From positions 186,001-250,000 of the forward strand of contig JALDZX010000028.1 in NCBI GenBank assembly GCA_022813865.1: a DNA stretch of 64,000 nt, given 5' to 3'. The notes beneath the pieces are model-generated. The model did no database searches, was not told where the DNA came from, and worked only from the letters and a program-made list of their open reading frames with translations. Position numbers and translations under genes: made by a program. Source of the stretch: Xylographa opegraphella. Taxonomy: Eukaryota. How positions within the stretch are numbered: the first letter of the stretch is position 1; every line of letters begins with the position of its first letter. This document shows, piece after piece, positions 50,157 through 62,400 of this stretch.

Positions 50157-51797
50157 TCAATCCTCCCCCGCCACCGGAATAACCCCCTGAGGCACCGTAA
50201 CCTGAAACACCAGCGCCTGGTTATCCAGGTTATACCCGCTCGAGTCCGCATACGTGAAGGCCCCGAAATTCAGATACCCGTTCTGCGTAATGTAATCGTT
50301 ATCGCTCATGCTAAAGACAAAGTACTCTGTACCATCATTTGCGGAGCCGTGCCCCGGGTTCGTGGTCACGACGCTGATGCTCTCCCACTTCTCGTTCAGC
50401 AGGAACTGGTCCTGGGCACCACCGTTGTGCACGCCGAAGCGCTCGAGCTGGCTGTTGATATTGAAGTCGAGAAAGGGGCAGTACTGCGCGGCAGTGACGC
50501 CGGGGTTCAGCACGCCGGCGGAGCTGGCGATGGTGCCGTTGGTCACGTCATACGTAGCTGAAAGGATGTCCGTCGCAGTGGAGAGGTCGATGATGTCGAT
50601 GTGGCGGTACAGCGACGTTGAGGAGGACTGGCCGTGGCCGGCGCCGGAGTCGCGGACCAACACGAGGAGTTGCGAGGGCGAAAGGTAGTGCATCTCGGAT
50701 TGCGCGGCCACTTTAACTTTGCCCTTGGCGTTGGTGTAGATAGGCAGCGTGACAACGTACTCGTGAATGGCAACGGGGGTGTGCTTCGAAATATCGTAGA
50801 CGATCAGCCGAGTGTTCTTGCGAGAGGGGTCGTTCGGCCCGCCTTCTTGATCGAGAGCAGACTGCACTAGGACATAGAGGGTTTTGCGATCCGTGGAGAG
50901 AGTGAGACCTTCGAAGCCTTGGTTGTTGTCGCGGCCGGAGACCGTGTTGGAGGGCTTGACTGAGACGTCAGGATTGTAAAAGGGTGGCGAGTCGGACGAG
51001 AAGGAATCACTCCCGTTGCGTTGCGGTATGTATGCTGGTGGGGGGCGAATGGCTTGCTCCATGAGACCCGAAGTGCTGAACTTGTAAACGTAAGGCCCAT
51101 ACTCGTCACTCACCCAGAAGCTACCGTCACCGTTGAGAACAAGGCCTTCGCTGTCGACTGGGATTCTTCTCCCACCGGGACCTGACCCACCGAAGCCATC
51201 GCCCTCGTAGGTTGCTACGGGGAGTTCAGGGAAGTTAGGATAGGTTATGCTTCCGGTGGCGTCAGCATCTAAGCCAGTCGTGGGTGTGCCATCTGGGCCA
51301 GTGAACAACACGGTATCGAGATATGTGAACTGGAGATTAGGTCCTGAAGGATTGGCAACAGTGGCATTTGGCATGAGAGTCAAAGATATCGAGAATTTGT
51401 GCACTCGATTCTGGACATTAAGAGTGCCTTCGGTGTTCCTATGGCAGTCATCAGTTTCGGCTGGTCATCAATGTCGCCACCACACCTACCAGCCTCGGTC
51501 TGGAAGCGTCCAAATGATGCCTTGGTAGGTGACGGCAGAGGTCTTCCGCCACGCATTGTGGTCCAGCGCGATTGCGCTGCCAATGCCGCCGATGGTATCG
51601 CCATACTTGTCACGAGCGTCGGAGGGAATGAAGCCATAGCCGGCAAGCTCCTGGTAAGTATACGTTTCACCGTTGCATGTCGTCTGAGTCACATATGTCT
51701 GATCTGCTGGAGCTCTGGGAAGGACAGGGGTCGAGTGCGGGATAGCAGCAACCACAGCGGCAGCGGCAACAGTCGCCGACAGATACTGGAAGAGCAT
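50157..51797 (-). CDS. Secreted phytase-like/esterase-like beta-propeller protein, 2 exons
   Basis: Signal peptide; RDKYGDTIGGIGS, LPDRGW|NTEGT, DSEGL..FWVSDEYGP, NNQGFEGL, NEKWES, SDNDY. Confidence 0.85.
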
Positions 51798-53026
51798 GAT
51801 GAGAAAGAATCCCGTGAACGGAAGGTCTGCGGAAATCGCGCCACAAGCTGAGTGCTATCGACATCTTGACAACGCAGCGGACTCGAGAATATATACGGCT
51901 CACGGCGCCGGCCTCGGAGAAGGTCTGTACCTGCATATGGGTTAAATTGAGGTAACTAAGGTACTCCGTCGAGCATTTGGAACGATGTCCGGCGCATGCT
52001 GTACGATAGTTGACGACAACTTCAGATGCACCACAGCACAGCAGGGCTCCGCAGCCAAAGACTCCACGAATGGGCAGCTTCAACGGCCGCACGAGGCGCT
52101 TGCGGCCAATCTGGAGCTTTGCACGTGCTGCTCGTCTCGCTTGCCTCTGTTGGCTTGGCGCGGGGGGGGGGGACAGGGTGCAGGGGTTGTGGAGTCCGAC
52201 GTTCCTTCCCGTTCGAGAAGACTTCCCCATTCCGCCTGTCCCACGTGCCGGCCCGCTGGCTCGCCGGTACACAGTCGGCGGAATGGTTACGGATCCCAGA
52301 AGTATGGGACGGCACGACATAGCTTTTGCTCCGAGTGGACTTCAATGTGCAGTGAATTAGGCACCTGAGAGAGCCGGTATGAAAACAACGGCACGCAGTG
52401 ATTCTAGTCGTTGAGGCTCGTCGGGCTGGTAGGACGGACCGAAGGTGTCCTGCCGCGAAGCTAGACTGAGCTTATCCTAGACTAGGGCTGCAGAAGTTAC
52501 GAAGTACACAGTCGCCAGGTGCTCCAGCCCAGAAGGTGTGCTGACCACACGCGTGATATGATCCTCACGCGTTTTCAGGCTACTGGAGTTTCTCCAGTCT
52601 CAAGATCGTCATGCAATACTGGTAGGTAAGGTATGGAGGAAGACTAAAGACAAAAGACGTCGGTCGGTGGAGGACCGTCCGGCTTACAAAGCTTTAGCCT
52701 GGCCGCAGACGGCCTGACTGCCATCTTTCACTCAGAGCACACATTGTGATAAGGGCATGAGACTTATAAAGCAAGCATCCCATTGCTCCCCGAAGCTGTC
52801 ATTAGCCAAGTCCCCATGGATGTAGCGATAGGTAAGCATTAATCTAGCCAAGCTGATACACGCTGCCGTGCAACAGCTGTATCGTTTATCAACGCAACAG
52901 CTAGCTCAATTCCTGGTCTTTGCCACGGATCAGCAGATCCTCGGTCCCGAATCTGTTGATCAGACTCAATATATCTTCTGACGTGCTAACTACTTTCGAC
53001 CCCCATGTCCAGCCTCCCCGTGTTTA

Positions 53027-53908
53027 CTATGGCACATGCAATCCCGCTTCGCACATGGTACAAACGCGATTTTGGACAAGGTTTCGGTTCTGCCACATGA
53101 TGATATCCCGGATTGTGCATTCAAACATTCTGGTAGGAGCCACGATCTCCAAGTGCGGCGGGACCCCGTATGTAAACGTACGGCTCACTAAGGGAATAAG
53201 GGGACTGTCAGGTGACAATTCGTGCAGGCCGTGTGTAGCTGAAAAGTCCAACTTCAAGTGCTCGAGTGGAAGGGCCCTCACAACGGCGTACTTGTTATTC
53301 CAGATCTGCAAGACTTCGTTAGTCCACGCGACGCGTTCGGTATAGTAGTCCTGTGCGAGGACTTCTTCGCCGTCAGGCCCCGTGTCCACCGACCATTGGT
53401 TGTAAATAAGCTTGAAGCGATCACCAGAGGAGAGAGACCAAGCATCGCTCCAGGAGAATGTAAGCTGCATGGATCGGATGCGGGACAGCGATGACTGCGG
53501 AAGCCGAAACAAGAGTCCCGCGTCCCGAACCTTTCCCCGAGGTATTACCCAAGTGTTATTCCCGAAGAGAGTGGTCACGGCCTCCGTATGCAACGCGTGG
53601 TTTGGTATTTTCAGTAGTGCAGTGAAGACGTTCAAGCTGATTGTGTTGCCGAAGTAGACTTTGCCAGGATTGAGCGAGACCTTGATCAGAAAATGCAGAA
53701 TCATATCTTGGATTTCCTGTGCCAAGGCTTGGATTCTCGAACACAAACTGCTGTCATTCTTGACACTGGTGCTTTGCCCAGCAAGCTCTGTCCAGGTCAG
53801 CGACTTGATCGTGGTGCACGTGGTGAAACCGCGAACGGAGCAAAGGCAAAGCGGAAGCTGAATCGACCTACCAATCTGATGATAATTGATAAACTGCATG
53901 TTGTCCAT
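53027..53908 (-). CDS. Hypothetical protein with an F-box-like helix; 5' end uncertain
   Basis: 293-aa ORF; IQALAQEIQDMIL resembles LPxEIRxMI, followed by LFGNNTWVI and LEHLKLDFS. A probable acceptor (gctgac..cag) near 53790 suggests upstream exons. Confidence 0.55.
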   Translation of the reverse strand: MDNMQFINYHQIGRSIQLPLCLCSVRGFTTCTTIKSLTWTELAGQSTSVKNDSSLCSRIQALAQEIQDMILHFLIKVSLNPGKVYFGNTISLNVFTALLKIPNHALHTEAVTTLFGNNTWVIPRGKVRDAGLLFRLPQSSLSRIRSMQLTFSWSDAWSLSSGDRFKLIYNQWSVDTGPDGEEVLAQDYYTERVAWTNEVLQIWNNKYAVVRALPLEHLKLDFSATHGLHELSPDSPLIPLVSRTFTYGVPPHLEIVAPTRMFECTIRDIIMWQNRNLVQNRVCTMCEAGLHVP

Positions 53909-55432
53909 GTCGAGTTTATCCCTGTTGGAGTAAACGGTATCCTCTCGATTATCAGTATAGCTCTACAGTTGGTCCGGCCCACGAACGTACGAGGACCAAG
54001 AATGAAGCTGCTTCGATGTTAGCATGAATCCTCGGGATGCGTTTAGGGGTATCGAATGACACTAAATTTGTATCCTCATGAACTTTCAATCTCGAACATG
54101 AAAAGCGTATTGTTATTGTACATAAGCCTCAATACCAGGATGCACTGCTGCTAAGAGAGCATATTTTTGATCTCTAAATTAGGCCACGAATATCAGGTTC
54201 GCTAGTAGGGAGTCTCGGAATGAAAGCTGACAAAGATCCAAACATAAAGAGGAGCAACAGGGCAGTCGTCGTGTTATATACTGGTTCTCCCAGTGATAAC
54301 ACGCTAGCGCGAGCTCTGACTCGATGTTCTCACAGCTAGTAGGCAAACATGAAAGATAAGAGTCTGCCCGAAAACCGAAGGACTATTTGTAGGTCTGGTT
54401 GTTCTTTAAACTCTTGATAGCGGGCACACGAGATAGACGTATTGGGCATCAGCGAAGTTGCTATCAAAGCACTCTGATAGCAGTGATGATCAGTCAACGG
54501 AGTGCGCTTTGACTCCTTACATCGATGCATGCTCTGCAATTTCAGACAGCCTACGTGATCGTCACGGGCGAACCACTGTCACTGCTGAAATGGGACGAGT
54601 ACCTGGCACAGGCTCACTATTGCTCGAAATTATTGCCCGAGCACGAGAATACGCAGTGAAGCGTTTTACATGCTGTCAGATTGCCGCAAGTGTAGTACCT
54701 ATGAGCCTTGACAGTAGTTGTTTCTTCTGGAGAAACAGCGTCGAGGTAGTGACTAGACTCTAGGAGAATCATAGACCACTGTGTCTCGATTAGAAAGAAG
54801 CAAACTGTCGTCATAGTCTTGAACTCCTATCAAGCAATACAAATCATATAAACTTAACCTATAATTACACTATGAAACATAGTAAATAAACCAATAAATA
54901 AAAAAAGGGAAAAATTACAGGAGAAGTCTGAACAGGAAAAGGTAGGCAAGACGTGAAGCAGATGGAGATAGAGGAAGAGTGTGGAACGGAAGGGAGAACA
55001 AGTCGGACGGACAAGATGGAGAGGAAGCAGAGGATCGAGATCTTACATGTAGTTCGGGGCAACTTCAAACGATCACTGGAGTAAGTTTACTAGGAACACA
55101 AAACTGCGTGGAAGTCGTTTCCTTCTAAGCGTTCTACCCTGCTGCGTTCCATAAGCCGTCAGTGTCAGAGCTATCGAGAGTCAGTCATATCACTGCTGAT
55201 ATCCTAGGCACAACTACACATGCTAGTCTATCTAGTTTTTGCTGAATTGTCAAAGGGGTATGTGTCTGTCTGACGAGTATTCTTGAGCTTGCATTTTCAG
55301 CTTTTGAACTCCTATCAAATCCACAAAATATCCACAAGAGCTTCAAAGGTCCTTGCAACGGTTTCAGAGATTGCATAAGCTGTGTGATGAGGTTCAAGTT
55401 GCATCCATGAACATGGAAATCCACATGGTATA

Positions 55433-58400
55433 TTATATCTGCATATAGGTTGCCAGTGACTTGCTTTCCTCGGATGATAGGCGCTCCTTGGCGTAGTTAA
55501 CAATTTTGCCGTTTCCACGAGCATTAGCGGAATTAAGGTATTCTGTGACCCAGATCTTGATGTTGGTGATATCCGGCCAAGGATCCTGAACAGGCCGTTT
55601 TATCGTCGTCAGCTGTGTGAAACCGACTCCAAAGCTCATATCGTCGACATCGTGGTCGGCAATAATGTCATCGGTGTTGGAAGGAATAGGAGGATTAATA
55701 AGCAATTCTAACAAAGCATTGCACGTATATACCCAACCCTTCTTGTATGTTTCCGCGAAAGCAAAGGAGTCAGCCAGGGTCTTGGTTAAGGAGATAACTG
55801 CAGTCTTCCGGTCGAGTGGACGAGCAAGCTTTCGGGTCCCAGGAAGAATAATGTTGAGATACAGTGGGACAAAGATTCTAGTATCACCTCAGCAACTGAC
55901 AAATGGATGTAGAAAGACAGAGCTTACCCTATTTGTACTTGGTCAACGATCTTAATGAAGAAGTCTGTACCAAGCCCCTGGTCACCCTTCGCAGACACGA
56001 AGTGGTATAACCGGACAAAACGCGCACTGAAGGCTTCAGTCTTGCTTTTCTCCAGCCTCGTGAGAAGGGCCTGCATTATGGGAACGTAATATGTCTCCAG
56101 CACCGATCTTCCGAGTGTCAGTCTGAGGCTACAGGGACGTACAGATTTTTGAACTTACGGAGAGAAATACGTGAGCACACATTCCAACAACTCAAATGCG
56201 TACATGTCAGTTGACTTCAAAAGTACTAATTGCTGGAAGATACCAAGGACAGGTACAACCTGATGATTGGCAACGATGTCTGCTGCACCCCGAGCGATTA
56301 TGGACGACAGAAGACGGACCAGTGCGGGTACATTGCCTTTCGATAGCCAAAGTTCGCGGGTGAGTATAGGTGAAATGAGAGATTTGTAATAATCTGGAAG
56401 TGGCCCGGAAGGGTTGGCTTCCAGCAGCGCAGCAAATAGTTGTATCACATATGGCATAAAGTCTTCCGATAATTAGCATGTGGCTATATAGTTTAGTGTT
56501 ATTTAGTCGGCTAACCTTGAACGTCGTCCCGCAAAATTGTAGCAAAAGGAGGATAAAGGGCGTTCTCAACCGCTTGAGGCTGGGCCGGTGCCGCAAATCT
56601 ATCGAAGTCAGGATTTTAATATAATGGGAAGGGATCATGTCTTACCGAACCAACGCACCGATAGCTTCGAAGTGGTAGTAACAAAATCTCGGATTGCTTG
56701 GATTCGCACAAATAACTTCTGTGATACCGACGAAATGCTGGAGGACGTTATTTGTCAGGGGTATGATGCCATCTTTGATGACTATCATCACCCGCATCAC
56801 ACATCGCATAAGGAACTCATTTTCTTGAAGCTTTGAAGCGGCTTGATTCTTATCAGCTAGGTTATCTTTCTCTATGAGTTTGAATAGATGGTCAAGCAAA
56901 TCTTTGGCAAGCGGCGCCACACTATCTTTCTCGACTATGGGTCGGCGAGTGTCGTCTACAAGCGCAAGTACTCTCTCGACCGCAATTGCGGCGTATGTAT
57001 AGACAACATAATTCGGAGATGCCAAATGTCTGACCAATAAGGGGAACGCATCCCGCCACTGCTCTCTGCTCATTTGTGTTCTGAATGTGTAGAGATATTT
57101 GATAGCATCGACCCGAAGAATAGGTTCAATAGCATTATCAGACACCAGATCACGTGCGATGTTGTTCTGAAAAAATTCAATGACGTTAACAAGCGGATTG
57201 GTGCTTTTGAATCCTTGGCTCGCGGTAATTGAGCCTGTGGCAGCGATCGATGAGAAGAGATACACGGCTGTATCCTTGGATCTCCACTTATTGGCTATGT
57301 CCACGGAGTACTCTGAAAGGTAGTGGTTAATGTATTTGTAGACAACTTCGGTCACTAATTTTTCAAACTGTGACATAAGTCCTCGAAGAAAGTCGGTGGC
57401 CGCTCTTCGCCTCGTGTCGTTGTCGGAACCTTCCAGATCCCGTCGAATGAATTCTATGGGTTCGTCTTCGAAAAGCTCCATATCCGAATCTCTAAGAGCA
57501 AGGTTAGGCAGAACTACCCTTTCTATTACCTGACCCATATTGGCCTCATCGTTAAATGCTTGAGCATATTGCTTGATCCGAGTGACAGAAGTCAAGAACT
57601 GTACTGCTTTACTGACGAGGATATCGTATTTGGTTTCTTGTCCAGTTGTTGTCAATAACTTCCAAGAACTCGCCACAAACACTTCGACATGTGTACCAAA
57701 AGCATCCTCGTACTTTTGCACATACAATGTCAAGACTTCCAAGATAGCAGACTTCAGGAACTCTAGCGGACCAGATTCGTCATCGCTATCACTGTTCAAG
57801 GAAGGATCGTCGAAGGTGAGGTATTTTTGGAGCAGGGAGGTAATGGCTGGTAAATTATCCTCAAAGGCTGGAGGGAGGTCTTGACAGGACAGATCGTAAA
57901 ATAACTTCATCATCAAATTTAGCGAATTTATCAACTGTCGAAGAAGCGGCTTGTTTGTCTTGTTCTGGTCGATCGATTTATCGGTGCTCTTAGAGTCCAA
58001 TATGTTAGTGGCAGTACGGGGACTTGGATTTCATGTCCACTCGTACCTCAAGAAGGGAGAGAAATGGCGTCCCAAACCTCTCCAACACATGATTGATCTC
58101 TGTAAATAACTGGTCTGACCTGTAAAGGGGGCGCCACCTCTTAAAAATGGAATGTGCAACCTGGAGCACTCCGACGTTGATGGTAGGATTGTCCGTAGTA
58201 AGACGTGATACAAGATCCTATGAGAAATTTTAGCATATGCAAGACTGCGAATTCTTCTGCCCTCTCACATCTACCAACGTGTCCCACCGTTCCCAAAAGT
58301 CGCTGTCGGCAATGATACCTACCGCATCGCCCAGTTGAGATTGAATGTTCGGGGGCACCGATATCATGAGCCCCACAAGCTCTTGCTTAATCGTAACAAC

Positions 58401-58756
58401 CTCCTTTTGTGGAAGCTTGTGGTTGCCTTCTTCATCCTAGTCACTGTCAGGGCTTGACCGACTGTGGAGATGACCAGATCGTATAGGTACCGTCCAGTTG
58501 CGCTTGAGGAAATTTTTGAAGCACAAGGCGCTGGCCAACCTGACCGTATTGCTAAAGCTTTCCGCTGCTACAATCTGAAGCAAACAAACAGAGTATCCCG
58601 GCTTCTGCTCTTCGTGCCTGAGGGCCAGCTCCGCTGCAACCATTTTAGCACGAAACAAGCGTAGAGATTGAGTAAATAGTGAGAACCTTGTTTATTCTGC
58701 CGGGGGTCAAGACTGGCCTCAAGTAGCTGCGCAGTACGCTGTAGTTCCATTGCCAT
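55433..58756 (-). CDS. CSE1: Importin-alpha re-exporter Cse1/CAS (multi-exon)
   Basis: LLEASLDP, RLASALCFKNFLKRNW, QLGDAVGIIADSDF, LFEDEPIEFIRRDLEGSDNDTRRRAATDFLR, ENEFLMRCVMRV, NPSNPRF, FGVGFTQL. Confidence 0.96.
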
Positions 58757-59460
58757 AGTAGTGCGTCCCCAGAATTGCTTGTGATGGGGATAGGCAAGGA
58801 AGCACGTCTTGTCACTTCGTCTTTGTTGACCTTAGGTATCCCGATGGATCTGAAAGCCGGAAACAATTTACACGAAGCCTCGTAGGGCGTAGCACTCCCG
58901 TGGGATATCTTGGCGTATGTCGATCAAAGCTTATCGATTTGTTGAAGACCTCATGATTCTCTTCGATGCAGGAGGGTATTATCAACGACAACAAAGAGCT
59001 ACCAGGAAGAGAGTCGGGAGTGAAATCTCTATCATCTGTGCTGTGTACCTGCGAGATGTAGAGCGGCTGGGACGACTTGTATCGAGAGCTGCTGGAACTC
59101 TACTATCTTTCAGGGGTCTGTGCTACTTAAGGCATAGGACTTTCATGATCTTAATGTCTGCGTAGGTGATTTTCTGATTGTGTTAAGACGAAATGTAGCC
59201 GGGGCGGAATCAGCCTTGGCGTTCCAGGGGAGATTAGTCCTGGCAAGGCGTGTTGGCCATGTAATATCATCTTCCAGTTCTGACGCTCTTCCGATCTCAC
59301 ACATTGGCAAAATGATTTATTGGTTCTTTCTTATCAAAGCCATGTTCAAGTGACTGGCTTCCCTCTCCTAAGGTGGTCGATTCGTATTTCTGATCGTGAT
59401 ATCTCACTCAACCAACTGTGGCTAATTATGCCTATTCATATTGCTACAGAACGTGGCTAC

Positions 59461-62400
59461 ATGCCTGAGCTCAACCCTACCGACACGGAGGCGTCCAACA
59501 CCAGTGCCTACATGAATCGATCCGAGGCCACAGATCACCCGCCTTCTCCTGACGACGCTGCTGGCTCACCGTCGCTGCAAGAGAGAATTAGAAGCATCAG
59601 TCTTGCTCAAAGTTCGTCGTCAGAGCCTACTTCGGCCAATCGTGATAACAAGCAGCGCGAAGTCGATCTCAAGGTGGTCCGTCATGCACTTGAACTTCTG
59701 AACAAAACTCAGAGTCTTCAAAATAGAAAGACAGGAGCTGAGTACGTTAGAACTAACATCAGTGCATTCTCTCTCGATGCCTTAGGCGCTGTCTGGGCTG
59801 CCACGGAAGACGTGTTCAAAGAGGATTCCCCTCTGGCTATGCGACAGCTTGGTTTTGCTCTGATTGATACTTCTCAACTTCAGACCGGACTGGGCCTGGC
59901 TGAGCGTATGAAGCTATTTCGCATGATTATCGTACCTATTGAGCCCATCGGGCGGGAGATGCAAGTTCAGGCTCTAATGAGGATCACAAATCAGGGAAGA
60001 GACCTCGAGCCTTTTGCACGTTCCTTGGTGGTATACTTGTCGACTCAACTCGGTCAGATACACGAAGCTTCGATAGAAGCCCGTAGAAGACTCAAAGCCG
60101 ACCGTGCTGATGCTCACACAAAGGCGTACGCAACGGCAATGAGGAAAGCGCTGTTTAGCCTATTCTCATTGATTGAGGGTGTTTTTCGTTCACATCCTGA
60201 CGTTATCGATGGCCTCGAACTCAACGTTATCGTTCACGATGTCTTGAAATTAGTGCAGATGACCTCTTCTGAACGGGACATGAAAGGGGCACTATCTATC
60301 ATCCAGGCAGTGACCCAAGTCTCGCATATTCCTGGAGATAGCCTGAGACTGTGCTTAGAAGTCCTTGGAGCGATCTTTGTTACTATCGATGACTTTCGAG
60401 ACGTTGCATTTGCCTGTGTTCAAAATCTTCTGTGGTCGGAAGACCAGCCTAACGTTTATTCCCGATTGATAGATACAGCTCTCTCGGCAACACAAGGCAC
60501 TGAGAGTGTGAGTGTCAAAGGTGCCATGGCCATAATCATCAAGCTTATTCGAGTCGATGAAGATAATCATCTGCCAATGATTCCAGTTGCCCAGCTCTAT
60601 GACACTTTGTTCGATAGAACCAGAATCTCGGATGAGGCCGAGTTTCGGCGAAATTGGCTGTGCTTGATGGGCCAACTACTTGTCATCCCTGAGTTCATAG
60701 TACACATACTCTCGCTCGAAGCATGGAGCACTATAGTGGAAGAAACAATGGATGCGATTTACTCCGACGATAGAGAGAATCAATCGGGATTGACAGCACT
60801 GCATCCGTCTGAACCCATTCACGTTCTTACTCCTTTTCAATTGGAAACACCTGTATTGTACAGGCTTACCGCAGCAACAAAAGAGAATTTGAACCACATT
60901 GTTTGTGCTTTTGGTGATGTCTGGCCACAAATGGCAAAGGAAGGAAAATGGAAAGTCTTTCAGCTCTTCTACTTTTTGAGGCACATCCTCTCTGTCGAGT
61001 CACAGAGACTACTTGTTACTTGTATGATTGAACTTGACATGTTACGTCCGAACGGTGGTTGTTGGGACGATTGTCTATCGCAATTAGGCACAAAATTCAT
61101 CCTCGCTCCAAACGCTGACATGACGACACGATCTCTGGTATTGAAGTCACTCAGATACGCGTTATCTCTATTGGATTCAAACGACGACAAGTCCAGATAT
61201 CGAGCTGTGGTAATGCCCATGCTGGACAAGGTGGCGTGGCACCGAGAGGATGATCTACACTTTATCAACAATATTGCCGACCTGGCGGCAACCTACGCAT
61301 TGATTGCGGATTCGCGTGACTTCGACCACCTTCTGCAGCTCTTGTATCTTATGAGTTCTGTTGTGAGCAAGATTCACGTCGATTCTCCTCGATTGTATGA
61401 AAATGAAGACGAGGAGGTACGGAACATGGTCGCAGTTGCTCTGGTGCGACTGTTCTTACAGTGCCTAACAACATCTGCAGCTAGGACTAGCTCTGTATAT
61501 GCCGCCTTGATAGAGGTCGTAAGGTCACGCTGGTTCGCACCATGCATACGTCTACCTGCCTTACGATTGTTCGCTCGATTGAGGTGCGACATTGATCATG
61601 CTATATACGTGACGCCTGATGCCGACAGTCTTGGCCTAGCTGCTGCTGTCGCTCGAACAGAAGCATCCAAAGTACGGCTTAGTGTTTACCAGAATCAAGG
61701 CGATCGTTCAATTCTCAGTGACGATCAGTCCGGAAGTCGTGTCGGCCGGTCAAGCGCGATCAATCAATCCGGCGTGACAGGATCGAGAGCGAGTACACAG
61801 TCAGCTGGTAGACGAGACATCGAGGCTCGCGTGAATCCTCCGCAATGGTTGTATCCTGGACTTCCTGGCTTACCCCAAGAGCCACCTGAAAACCCAAGTT
61901 TGCTCGTGAAACAATACACCCCAGGAGGACCCAAGGATACCACTATTCGGCTTAGTGAATGGCTCGCCGAAGTGATCAGCATGTTCCAGACACCTGATGA
62001 CTGGGAGATCTACAGTTATGTTTTGGTACACTTGCCATCTCAACTCAGCAATCCGGCTCTCTTTCTTACTGCCGGCCCTCACATTCATCTGCTACGGAAT
62101 ATTGTGGTCTCTCAGCTGATGGGTGGGACGTTGAGGACTCCTCCTGCAACTACAGGGGTCAAGAAGGGCGACGTGGCTTTTTGTCTCTACAATACTCTTG
62201 TTATGCTCCTGGGGTACTATGAACGTTTTTCACACAGCGAACAGGACGATATGGTTCGAGCAATACTAGATGGTATAAGCTCTTGGGATCGTGTAGCAAA
62301 GGTATGTATCCAAGCTTTGGGTATCTGTTGCCATGTGATACCTATGGCAATTGCCAAGTCGCTTGGTCCAATTCTGCAGAAATTGTCGCAAATGATTACA

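Noticed and set aside
54865..55068. Hydrophobic 67-aa minus-strand ORF
   Set aside because: By-product of a pyrimidine-rich tract downstream of CSE1.
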